DNA of 64,000 nt from an uncultured Candidatus Saccharibacteria bacterium (GTDB lineage Bacteria; Patescibacteriota; Minisyncoccia; Phycocordibacterales; DSPV01), in NCBI GenBank assembly GCA_964617735.1, contig CAZTXT010000001.1, positions 600,549 to 664,548 of the forward strand, given 5' to 3'. Positions 8,096-17,700 of this stretch are shown in pieces; within the stretch, counting starts at the first letter, position 1; the number at the start of each line of letters is the position of its first letter. A program made the translations under genes and the position numbers. The notes beneath the pieces were generated by a model. It saw only the letters and a program-made list of their open reading frames with translations. It was not told where the DNA came from and did not search any database.

Positions 8096-10352
8096 CAACA
8101 GCAACCGCTTCTTCAAATTGAATAGAGAGAAGTTTGGACGCGGCTTCCTGGCCCATTGTAACACCATAGAGCACACCCGCGCGGGACATCGTCTCGCGGT
8201 TGTGCGTGATGACGACCAGCTGGGAGTATTTTGAGAGATTCTCGATCATATCGCCGTACTTCCTTGAATTGGCCTCATCGAGTGCCGCGTCGGTTTCATC
8301 AAGCACGATGAACGGGGGCGGATTCACTTGAGAGATAGCGAACAAAAGCGCGATGGACGTCAGCGCTCGCTCCCCGCCCGAGAGCATCTCGAGTCCTTTT
8401 ATCTTTTTATGCGGGAGATTCACACTAATGTCTATCCCCTCTTCTGCTTCCTCTTCCTCGACTGGCCCCTCTCCGGCTTCAAGTAATTCCAGCTCATTCA
8501 TCTCCGCCTTCTTTCGCTTCTCCGGTCTGACGACCGAAAGCGATGCATGACCGCCGCCGAACATCAGTTTGAAGAATTCCTCGAATTGCGCATTGATTCG
8601 CCGCACGCCATTTTTGAATTCGACGTCCAACTTATCAGTCAAATCTTCGATAAGAGTCTGGAGCGAGACTGCGGACTGCTTTAGATCGCCGATCTCCTTC
8701 TCTAAAAAAGAATCGCGTTCAGCCGATGTCTGATATTCCTTCAAAACTTCCTGGCTCTCCCCGCCGCCAAGCTCCTCAAGACGGATCTTTAACTTCTCTA
8801 AATGCCTGCGGCGCTCATGTTGGGCGGCTCTCGCCTCGGCTGATGCATCTTCAAAGGCATGCATGTCTTCCGCTTCCCTGACGATCTCGGGCCCCACGAG
8901 CGCCGCCGCTTCTCTGCGTTCGCGTTCAAATTCCTCGCTTTCGAGCTTCAATCGGTCTTCCTTGCCCTTCAAGACGCTCAGAGCGGCACGGAGCTCATTC
9001 TGCTCTGCCATGATCCTAAACATCTCGCGTTCGGCATCACGACTCTCGTCCTTTTCCTTTTCAATATCAAAACGCAGGGCTTCAAGCGCCTTCTGCGCCT
9101 CGGCTTCCTTGCCATCAAGCGCCTTGAGCCGAGCGCCAAGCTCTGAACGCTCCTTTTTGATGCGCGCTATTTCCCCTTCTGACTCCTCTATTTCCGCAGA
9201 GCTTGCCGCATTTTCAAATCGTTTGAGAAACGATGCGATCGTCGCTTTGATCTCCGAGACGATACGGCGCATCAGCGACACATCGTCAAAACTGACGCCG
9301 CCAAGCTTCACCTCGATGTCCGTTGCCATCCTTCTCACCTCTACGAACGGCACCGTCCGCGTCTGATCGACCCGAGCAACATCGTTGAGCTTGCTAAGAC
9401 GCCGCTCTTCCGCAGAGAGCTCACCCTCAAGACGTCCGGAATCGCGCACCAATTCATCTTTTTGTAAACGAATATCACGCAGCGTCCTTTCAGACGAAAG
9501 AACGTGCGAACTCTTGTCATCATGTTTCCGTGACTTCTCAAGCGTGTGCTTCGCTTTCTCCAGACTTCTCTCAAGGTCATGCAGCTCTTGTTTAGGTCCT
9601 TTTTCATCGTGCTCGAGACTGGTACGCTCGCGATCGAGATATGCGCCTTCACGAGACAGATATTCTTTATAGAGCGCCGCGAGCTCTTCGCGAAGCTCCT
9701 TTGCTTTCTCCACCTTCTCCACCTGTTTTTTCAAGAAACGCAGATGCGGCGCAAGCTCGCGGCGCAAGCTCTCCACCTGCTCTATATTCTCTTGAGTACG
9801 CTCCAATTTACGCTCGCTCTCCGCCCGCTTGAACTGGTAGATCTTGAGTCCGAGTGCATCCTCTATCATCAGCCGCCGCTCTTTGAGGTTCGCATTCAAG
9901 ATCCTATCCGCTTCCCCTTGCGAGATGATATGATGCCCCGTCGGCCCCATATGCGCCCCGGCGAGCAATTCGATGACATCCTTAAGCCGAACTTGACTGC
10001 CATTGATCAGATAATCGTTGTTGTTGTCGCGATGTACCACCCGTTCGACGGCTACCTCATCGAAATCGATATTCAAAAGCCGCTTGGAGTTATCCAGCGT
10101 GATCTTGGCTGAAGCACGATTCTGCCGCGGCATGGTCTTCGAGCCGTTGAAAATGAGGTCCTCGCCGCGTTTGCCGCGCAGGGATTTGATAGACTGCTCG
10201 CCAAGGACGAACCGAAACGCCTCGGCAACATTGGATTTGCCTGAACCGTTTGGCCCCACAATGGCGGTTATCGGTGTGTTGAACCCAAGCGCCGTCTTTT
10301 TGGCAAATGACTTAAAGCCGGAGAGCTCAAGACTCTTCAGATACATAAACAA
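8088..10352 (-). CDS. smc: Chromosome segregation protein SMC, short form (754 aa)
   Basis: N-terminal Walker A (GPNGSGKSN), long coiled-coil, C-terminal LSGGERALTSIALLFA signature and Walker B (IVLDETDAALD); much shorter than canonical about 1180-aa SMC. Confidence 0.85.
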   Translation of the reverse strand: MFMYLKSLELSGFKSFAKKTALGFNTPITAIVGPNGSGKSNVAEAFRFVLGEQSIKSLRGKRGEDLIFNGSKTMPRQNRASAKITLDNSKRLLNIDFDEVAVERVVHRDNNNDYLINGSQVRLKDVIELLAGAHMGPTGHHIISQGEADRILNANLKERRLMIEDALGLKIYQFKRAESERKLERTQENIEQVESLRRELAPHLRFLKKQVEKVEKAKELREELAALYKEYLSREGAYLDRERTSLEHDEKGPKQELHDLERSLEKAKHTLEKSRKHDDKSSHVLSSERTLRDIRLQKDELVRDSGRLEGELSAEERRLSKLNDVARVDQTRTVPFVEVRRMATDIEVKLGGVSFDDVSLMRRIVSEIKATIASFLKRFENAASSAEIEESEGEIARIKKERSELGARLKALDGKEAEAQKALEALRFDIEKEKDESRDAEREMFRIMAEQNELRAALSVLKGKEDRLKLESEEFERERREAAALVGPEIVREAEDMHAFEDASAEARAAQHERRRHLEKLKIRLEELGGGESQEVLKEYQTSAERDSFLEKEIGDLKQSAVSLQTLIEDLTDKLDVEFKNGVRRINAQFEEFFKLMFGGGHASLSVVRPEKRKKAEMNELELLEAGEGPVEEEEAEEGIDISVNLPHKKIKGLEMLSGGERALTSIALLFAISQVNPPPFIVLDETDAALDEANSRKYGDMIENLSKYSQLVVITHNRETMSRAGVLYGVTMGQEAASKLLSIQFEEAVAVAK

Positions 10353-10416
10353 ATTTTAACCTGTTTTATACAAATAAAAAAGCCGCTCCCTAATGGGTGC
10401 GGCTCTTCGAGAGGGA

Positions 10417-10590
10417 TCAGTGAGGAGGAGGCATAACGCTCCCGATCACTGATGCGGCGGCAGCGAGGGAAAGCTGCATAGTATTGAACAGCGCGATGAT
10501 CGTCTGTTCAAAGCTGTGCCATACCTCTGATGCGAAGCCTTGTAGAACAAGGATCGCTATTCCTAAACCAATCGCTCGTAACACTTTCAT
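10417..10590 (-). CDS. Small membrane protein (57 aa from internal Met MKVLRAIGLGIAILVLQ)
   Basis: Single TM helix; weak. Confidence 0.3.
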   Translation of the reverse strand: MKVLRAIGLGIAILVLQGFASEVWHSFEQTIIALFNTMQLSLAAAASVIGSVMPPPH

Positions 10591-10853
10591 GTCCGTTTTC
10601 GATTGAGAGGGATGGACCGCCTTGACCAGAGGCGGTAGCGAAAGCTTTCCGCCTCTTCGCCCCTCTCGTGTCCGGAGACCAAAACTGGTCCGCAGGCACG
10701 AGAGGGGCTTCTGTATATAGAACTCTGTCTTCATGCTGCTTTCACACTTCTGAAGACACCAGAATACAGAACAGGCAAGAATGCAAGACGCCTCGCAAAA
10801 TCAAAAGAAAAGGCCGTTTCGACGTATGTCGAAACGGCTTGAGTTAAGAAACT

Positions 10854-11132
10854 TCAGTCTTCCCTTCTTAGCAGTACCATCCCTGCGACGAAACAAACGA
10901 TAAACGTCACCGCAAGGATGAACGGTAGCAGGGCTTCGTACAACGTTATCTTCTCGGCACGGGTGAGATTCCTAAAATGGGTCACTGCCGGAATGATGCC
11001 CCTATAACTGGGACAATCAGAGAGTAGAGAGAACACAGAGAGTGCGGCTACGACCGTAAGACAAATGAGGAGCGTCGCCGCGCAGATACCGATGAGCCGA
11101 GAGACCGATTGAGTGTAAGTATTATCATACAT
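10854..11132 (-). CDS. Small membrane protein (92 aa, 2 TM)
   Basis: Hydrophobic ORF between smc and rnc. Confidence 0.45.
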   Translation of the reverse strand: MYDNTYTQSVSRLIGICAATLLICLTVVAALSVFSLLSDCPSYRGIIPAVTHFRNLTRAEKITLYEALLPFILAVTFIVCFVAGMVLLRRED

Positions 11133-11198
11133 AGAGCACCTCTGCGCGCAGGATACCGATATCTTCCGCTTAAGTCAACGAGGTTGGTTCGCGTTTTT

Positions 11199-11891
11199 CT
11201 ATTCCCAACCTTTAGCTATGAGCCCCGCGCGGGCGGCAGCCTGTTCAGCATCCTGCTTGGAGCGGCCAGAACCTTCCGCGATCTTCTGAGAGCCCAAATA
11301 AACGCCGACGGTAAAAGATTTATTGTGATCAGGGCCTTCCTCCCGTATCGTTTTGTACGCCGGAGTGACACCTGCTGCGCCTTGCGCCTTTTCTTGGAAT
11401 AAACTCTTGGAGTCGATCCACAAGCCAGACTTCACGATCCCATCGAGAAGATGGAATGTATTCTCCGCGACGAATTTCTGCGCCGCCGAGTACCCAGCAT
11501 CCACAAAGATCGCTCCTACTACCGCCTCGAACGTGTTCGCCAAAATATACGCGCGAGCGCGACCGGTGTCCTTCGCCTCGCCATGCGAGAGTAAAAGATA
11601 TTCACTCATGTTAAGAGAGGTCGCGACTTCGGAGAGCGTGTTGGCATTGACCAGCGCGGCGCGCAGCGACGTCATCTCACCCTCGTTATAATCGGGGTAC
11701 TTTTCGAAAAGATACTCGGTCACGATCAGTTCAAGCACCGCATCACCGAGGAATTCCAGGCGCTCGTTGTGCCCGATGCCCGAAGATTTGTGCTCATTGA
11801 GATACGAGCGGTGCGTGAACGCTTGCCGGAGCAATTCCGTATTTGTAAATGAAACACCGACGCGCTTCTCGAACTCTTTGAAGTTTTTCAT
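11199..11891 (-). CDS. rnc: Ribonuclease III
   Basis: ERLEFLGDAVL RNase III signature plus C-terminal dsRBD; RBS AGAGGA 6 nt upstream. Confidence 0.93.
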   Translation of the reverse strand: MKNFKEFEKRVGVSFTNTELLRQAFTHRSYLNEHKSSGIGHNERLEFLGDAVLELIVTEYLFEKYPDYNEGEMTSLRAALVNANTLSEVATSLNMSEYLLLSHGEAKDTGRARAYILANTFEAVVGAIFVDAGYSAAQKFVAENTFHLLDGIVKSGLWIDSKSLFQEKAQGAAGVTPAYKTIREEGPDHNKSFTVGVYLGSQKIAEGSGRSKQDAEQAAARAGLIAKGWE

Positions 11892-11903
11892 AATCCTCTA
11901 ATT

Positions 11904-11931
11904 GAATTATGAATTAAGAATTATGAATTAG
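11904..11931. repeat. Tandem 14-bp direct repeat (GAATTATGAATTAA / GAATTATGAATTAG) in rnc promoter region
   Basis: Seen directly; contains duplicated CATAAT -10-like elements on minus strand. Confidence 0.5.
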
Positions 11932-11986
11932 GCATACCTAATTCGTACTTCCTAGTTCCTAATTCGCTGATAATGAGCCACGAGCC

Positions 11987-12907
11987 TTACTTTTTGGTCT
12001 TTGTCTTTGGCGCGTGCGCGGCTTTCTGTTGGGCCAAAAGGATAGTAACCGCTTTGGTGACGATTGGCAACATGTCGTCATAGAAGTTCAAATCCACGAT
12101 ATCACCAAGCTTGAACCAGCGCGCGTCATCGAGCCCTCCTTTCTCTTCCAGCTTTATATCCTCAAACTTTGATTCTACGAGAAAATAGATCACGTGCTTC
12201 AGGAGCTTGCCCTTCTCCGGATGGCTCGCAAGATACTGGTTTTCGCCGAGCTTCTCCGTGATCTTAAGATGCTTGAGCCCCAGCTCCTGCGTGACTTCAC
12301 GCAGCGTCCCCGTTTCGATATCTTCCTCTTCCTTGACTCCTCCTTTCGAGAGCGTCCAGTGCCCAAAGACATCGTGCACGAGCGCGACGTAGATCTCCGC
12401 ACCGTGCTTAGCGTAGACTACCGCACCGCCAAGACGCTGCAGCGTCACGGCATCTTTCTTGCGCTTCGACTCCTCATCCTTGCCCGGTTCGCCCAGCTCT
12501 TTATAGACGGAACCCAAAACGCCATTGACGAATTTGCCGCTATTCTCGCCCCCAAACGTCTTCGCTAGCTCAATCGCCTCGTTGATGGCGACTTTCGCCG
12601 GCACTTCCTTGCGATCCGAGAAGAGAAGCTCGGCGAGCCCTACCCGGAGCACATTGCGATCTACGGTGGAGATTTTATCGAGCGGCCAGTCGGGCGCTGC
12701 TTTTTCGATTATCTTGTCGAGGTCGGCGTGTTTTCCCAGAACGATCTTGAGTAAGCTGTTCACGAAATCAGTATCGCCGAGTCCCGGCGCGAATTCCTGC
12801 AAATTGCGCGCAACGACATCACCCAGCTCTTTGTCTTTGAGCTTTCTGACGTCCCACTCGAACAATGTCTGCAGTACTATTGATCTCGAAAGGTGCCGAT
12901 TAGCCAT
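11987..12907 (-). CDS. nusB: NusB transcription antitermination factor fused to C-terminal Nudix hydrolase domain
   Basis: N-terminal NusB fold (RHLSRSIVLQTLFEWD...); C-terminal Nudix box GGVKEEEDIETGTLREVTQELGL (Gx5Ex7REVxQExGL). Confidence 0.85.
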   Translation of the reverse strand: MANRHLSRSIVLQTLFEWDVRKLKDKELGDVVARNLQEFAPGLGDTDFVNSLLKIVLGKHADLDKIIEKAAPDWPLDKISTVDRNVLRVGLAELLFSDRKEVPAKVAINEAIELAKTFGGENSGKFVNGVLGSVYKELGEPGKDEESKRKKDAVTLQRLGGAVVYAKHGAEIYVALVHDVFGHWTLSKGGVKEEEDIETGTLREVTQELGLKHLKITEKLGENQYLASHPEKGKLLKHVIYFLVESKFEDIKLEEKGGLDDARWFKLGDIVDLNFYDDMLPIVTKAVTILLAQQKAAHAPKTKTKK

Positions 12908-12991
12908 GATTTACCCGCCAAAATTTATCACCGACTCTAGCAACGCTCAAACCTTGCCCTACCCCTTCAGTAATAAATTTAGTTGGGCGAA

Positions 12992-13219
12992 TTATTTTAC
13001 CGCGTTCTCTTTCGCCTTCTGCTTCGCCGCTTTCTTTTGTGCCTCTCCGGCAAGGTCTATGACGACCCGCCCTTGATACTTGCCGCACGTCTGGCAGACA
13101 TGATGACGAACATGGAGCGCACCGCATGACACGCATTTTGAAAGACGCGGTCCTGACAGCGCGTGATGGCTCCGGCGATTGCCGGTATGCCCTCGTGTTG
13201 CTCGCATTCGTACTACCAT
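12992..13219 (-). CDS. rpmF: 50S ribosomal protein L32
   Basis: RATRGHTGNRRSHHAL...CxxCG...CxxCG zinc ribbon typical of L32; internal Met start. Confidence 0.8.
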   Translation of the reverse strand: MVVRMRATRGHTGNRRSHHALSGPRLSKCVSCGALHVRHHVCQTCGKYQGRVVIDLAGEAQKKAAKQKAKENAVK

Positions 13220-13262
13220 AGCCAGCACTATAGCAGAAAAGGGAGGGCTTTGCAATATCTCC

Positions 13263-13880
13263 TTATCCCGAGAATTTCCTGAGAAAGCTTCTGCGGTGAA
13301 TGTCGCAGACCCCTAAGCGGCGGATGGCCCGGTAATGTTCGGACGTGCCATACCCCACATGCTTGTCGAACGAATAGCCCGGGTAGCGCTTCGAAAGATT
13401 GCGCATCCGCTTGTCGCGGGCGACCTTCGCGATGACCGACGCAAGTGCGATGATGGGCACGCGCTGATCGCCGCGCACGATGGTTCTCTGATGCCTGAAG
13501 GCTTCCGGAGCAAGGAGGCTGCCGTCAAGGAGAACGTGGGCATTCGAAGGTTCAATGGACAACTTTGCGAGGCTACGCCGCACCGCGAGCCGCACCGCTC
13601 CCACGATCCCCAGTCGATCGAGCACTTTTGGCGTAACATGCGATACGGAAAAAAAGATGGACGCGCGCGCCTTCGCCGCTTGCTTTATGCTCGCGGCGCA
13701 GGCCTCGCGCTCGGCTTGCGACATCCTTTTTGAATCTTTAAGATCGCCGGCGCGCGTGAACTTGAGGAAACCGCGCAAGGACCGCTGGTTTCTGGCGGGG
13801 ATCGCAAGCGCGCAGATAGTCACGGGTCCCGCGATCGGTCCGCGTCCCACTTCATCGATGCCGATGGTCCATAGCGACAT
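13263..13880 (-). CDS. rnhB: Ribonuclease HII
   Basis: MSLWTIGIDEVGRGPIAGPV... canonical RNase HII N-terminus at internal Met; upstream extension in ORF track is spurious. Confidence 0.9.
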   Translation of the reverse strand: MSLWTIGIDEVGRGPIAGPVTICALAIPARNQRSLRGFLKFTRAGDLKDSKRMSQAEREACAASIKQAAKARASIFFSVSHVTPKVLDRLGIVGAVRLAVRRSLAKLSIEPSNAHVLLDGSLLAPEAFRHQRTIVRGDQRVPIIALASVIAKVARDKRMRNLSKRYPGYSFDKHVGYGTSEHYRAIRRLGVCDIHRRSFLRKFSG

Positions 13881-13881
13881 A

Positions 13882-14424
13882 TTAAAAGGACCAGTTATTG
13901 CATGCGGCCGGCGTGCATGACACGAATGATGTCGGATACGCGCTGTTATATAAAAGATCACTCGACGATATCGTCCGCTCCACCCCGCAGTGGGCCATGA
14001 GTATATAATCGTCGCCATCAGAAACATACAAATAGGCTCTTTTCCAAGCTCCGGTGCAATCAGTGCCGACCCCGCGACCGCCAAGAGGATCCTTAGGAAG
14101 CACGGGAACGTACCCAGGAACCAGATTCGGTATCCAATTATCGGTGTGATCGACGTCAACCCTGGTGTCCTTGTCATTCGGATCGGATGAATACCAGTTG
14201 CTGCTCCCGCCCGTTGTCGGATATTTGCCGTTTTGGTCCTTGTACAATTCGAGGTACACCTTCAAGCTGGTGATCTCCTTTTTCCGCTGATTATCCCTCC
14301 CTCTCGCCCGAATGCTCTGCACGGTCGAGATGCTGATGGACATAATGAGAACGACGATGGAAAGAACGCCGAGCAATTCGATCAGCGTAAATCCACGATT
14401 CTCGAACTGACGAAACCTCCTCAT
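13882..14424 (-). CDS. Type IV pilin-like protein (prepilin N-terminal cleavage/methylation motif)
   Basis: MRRFRQFENRGFTLIELLGVLSIVVLIM class III signal at internal Met; stop abuts rnhB start. Confidence 0.8.
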   Translation of the reverse strand: MRRFRQFENRGFTLIELLGVLSIVVLIMSISISTVQSIRARGRDNQRKKEITSLKVYLELYKDQNGKYPTTGGSSNWYSSDPNDKDTRVDVDHTDNWIPNLVPGYVPVLPKDPLGGRGVGTDCTGAWKRAYLYVSDGDDYILMAHCGVERTISSSDLLYNSAYPTSFVSCTPAACNNWSF

Positions 14425-14426
14425 GA

Positions 14427-14711
14427 TCAGATCGGCTCTATCCGCGCCGGTCCTCTCCCAGGTTCCACCAGATGAGTGCCCGGAGGCAATGCATTCGATG
14501 AACCCGATGGTGCAAGCCAGACATAGGCCGCGATGGAAAGTACCAGCACAACGACGACTAAGATCACGATCTCCGCGGCGCGGCGCGAGTGAACCAGACC
14601 GGTTCGCACGATCCATCCGGTTAGCCCGGAGATGCGTTCTCCTTGATAATACTCGACCATGCGGGTCAGTCCCTCCTGTTTCGTACTCTGATCTTCAAAA
14701 TTCACCTCCAT
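14427..14711 (-). CDS. Small tail-anchored membrane protein, pilin-associated (paralog of 57171-57383)
   Basis: 94 aa with C-terminal TM; stop codon 2 nt before pilin ATG; clear homology to the small ORF preceding the second pilin locus. Confidence 0.5.
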   Translation of the reverse strand: MEVNFEDQSTKQEGLTRMVEYYQGERISGLTGWIVRTGLVHSRRAAEIVILVVVVLVLSIAAYVWLAPSGSSNALPPGTHLVEPGRGPARIEPI

Positions 14712-14740
14712 GCTCTACATTATAACTCGAAAAAAAGAAG

Positions 14741-17700
14741 TTGAGCTATAATGAGGCCATGCAACAATCGAAGATCGTGCATCTTCACACGCATTCGCAT
14801 TATAGCCTCCTTTCGGCGCTGCCCAAGATCCCCGAGCTGGTGGCTGTCGCGAAAAAAGGTGGCATCGGAGCGCTCGGGCTCACTGACCTCGGCAACCTCT
14901 ACGGCGCCATCGAATTCTATAAAGAGTGCACTGGGCAGGGTATAAAGCCCATCATCGGCGTTGAAGCGTATACCGCAGCACGTACGATAAGCGACAAACA
15001 GGCCGGCATAGACAATCGGCGTGGGCGTCTTATCCTCCTTGCGGAGAACATCACGGGATACAAAAATCTCCTCAAGCTCGTCACCGTTGCTAACATGGAA
15101 GGGTTCTACTACCGGCCGCGCATAGACCAGGAGCTCTTGGAAAAATACAGCGAAGGACTCATTGCCATAAGTCCCGCGTACGGCGGCGATATCGCGCAGG
15201 CCATCAAAAATAAAGATCGGGAAAAAGCCGCCGAGCGCGCAGCATGGTTTTTGAAGCGTTTTGGCACGAACAGATTTTTCATCGAGATAACCCGACATCC
15301 TGAAGTTGAAGGATTCGATATTCCCGACCTCGTCACGTTTGCTCGCGAGCAAAAGATAGAGATCGTCGCTGGACATGACGTCTATTACCTTTCTCCGGAC
15401 GACAAACAGGCGCACGATACGATCCAATCGGTCCAAAATAACCCCGATTACGGAGAGATCTCGACGCCGGAAAATGGCTTGGATCTATCGCTTTTGAGCG
15501 CCGAGCACCTAAACGAGCGGTTCAAAGATATCCCTGAAGCGCTTGCCAATGCAGCGAAGATCGCCGAGCGCTCGAGCCTAGAACTTGCGCTTGGTAAATG
15601 GATATTCCCCGATTATCAAACCGCGAAAGGAGTCGGTCACGACGAGGAGCTTCGGAAGAAAGCGTATGAAGGGCTCTCGATACGTGGCATGGAGAAAACT
15701 CCCGAAATAGAAAAGCGCATAGACTACGAGCTCTCGATCATTAAAAACAAAGGGTACGCGCCGTATTTCCTCGTCGTCGCTGACCTCTTGAAATACGCTC
15801 GCGATCACCAGATCGTCACGACAACGCGCGGCTCTGCCGGCGGGTCTTTAGTCTCGTACCTGACTTATATCACGACGACCGACCCGATCGCCTACAAACT
15901 ACCCTTTGAACGATTCCTCAACCCCGAGCGTCCGAAGGCGCCGGACATCGATATGGACATCGCCGACGATCGCCGCGACGAGCTCATCGCCTATGCAAAA
16001 CAAAAATACGGAGCCGACCGCGTCGCCCAAGTCGGCACGTTCGGCACGATGATGGCGCGCGGTGCCGTGCGCGACGTCGCGCGCGCCCTTGGTTATGAAT
16101 ACGCGGTCGGCGACCGGATCTCGAAGTTGATCCCCTTCGGCTCGCAGGGCTTTCCGATGTACATAGACCGAGCGCTCGAGATGGTCCCTGAACTCAAAGA
16201 AGCATACAAGAAAGAAAAAGACGTCCGCGACATCATCAATATGGCGAAAAAGATCGAGGGCTGCGTACGGCATATCGGCGTCCATGCCGCCGGCGTCGTC
16301 ATCGCTCCGACACCGCTGACCGACTATACCCCCCTGCAGTACGACCCCAAAGGCGAAGGTAAGATCATCACGCAGTACGACATGTATTCGATCACGGACG
16401 AGTACGGCGGCGTCGGCCTCCTCAAATTCGATTTTCTCGGCATAAAAAATCTCGCGATCCTCGCTGACGCGGCAGAGCGCGTCGAGAAGATCGAAGGTAA
16501 AAAAATCGACCTCGAGACCATTCCGCTCGACGACAAAAAGACCTTTGATATGCTCGGCCGTGGCGAGACGACGGGAGTCTTTCAGCTCGGCGGGACCGGC
16601 ATGACCCACTACCTCAAAGATTTGCGCCCCTCGACTATCCACGACATCAACGCGATGGTCGCGCTCTACCGCCCAGGCCCCATGGAATCTATTCCTCGCT
16701 ATATCGAGCGCAAACACAATCCGCGGCTGGTCTCGTACCTCGACCCACGGCTCAAGGATATCCTCGATCAGTCATACGGCGTCATCACCTACCAAGACGA
16801 CGTGCTCCTGGTCGCTGTGAAGCTCGGCGGGTATTCATGGCTCGAGGCCGATGCGTTGCGCAAAGCGATGGGCAAGAAAATCCCAGCGGAAATGGAAGCG
16901 CAGAAAGAGAAGCTCATCGCCGGCTTCGTCAAAAACGGCATGACACCGGAGAAAGCGCAGGATCTCTGGAAGCTCATCGAGCCGTTTGCCGCGTATGGAT
17001 TCAATAAAGCGCATGCGGCAAGCTACGGCAAAGTCGCCTACCAAACCGCCTACCTTAAAGCGAACTTCCCTGCTATCTATCTATCGGCGGTCCTCACGGC
17101 GGACTCAGGCGATGTCGAGCGAATCGGCGAGACCATCGCCGAGTGCAAACGCATGGGCATTCCCGTCTTGCCACCGGACGTCAACGAAAGTTTTGAAGGA
17201 TTCACCGTCGTCAAAAATCCCAATGAAGCAGATAAAATCCGCTTCGGGCTAACCACCATAAAAAACTTCGGCGAAGGGATCGCGGCTTCGATCATCACCG
17301 AGCGAAAAAAATCGGGGAAATTCAAATCGCTGGGCGATTTTCTGGAGCGCATCCACGACCGGAACCTCAACAAGAAATCCCTCGAATCCCTCATCAAATG
17401 CGGCGCGCTCGATAGCTTCGGCGAGCGCGGCGCGATGCTTTCGAACATCGAGAACTTGCTTGAATACCACAAGGAACACGCGGACAGCGACAAAGACCAG
17501 ACTTCGCTTTTCGGAGATACCCCAAACGTCGGAAACTTGCGCTTAGCGAGTGCGCCGCAAGCGAGTGCGCCGGAGAAGCTCGCATGGGAAAAAGAGCTCT
17601 TGGGTCTCTATATCTCCGGACATCCGCTCGATAAATTCAGGACATTGCTCGAGAAACGCGAGGTGAACGTTCGCCGCGTCAAAGAAGAATATCGCGAGGG

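Noticed and set aside
13881-14177. Long N-terminal extensions of the rnhB (to 14177), rpsP (to 6993), rpmF (to 13255), pilin (to 14616 and 57285) and LOG (from 36076) ORFs
   Set aside because: The conserved protein N-termini start at internal Met codons. The extensions overlap neighbouring genes or terminators.
15899-16717. 272-aa minus-strand ORF inside dnaE, and similar antisense ORFs inside uvrA, uvrB, gyrB and the FN3 gene
   Set aside because: Shadow ORFs antisense to well-supported conserved genes.
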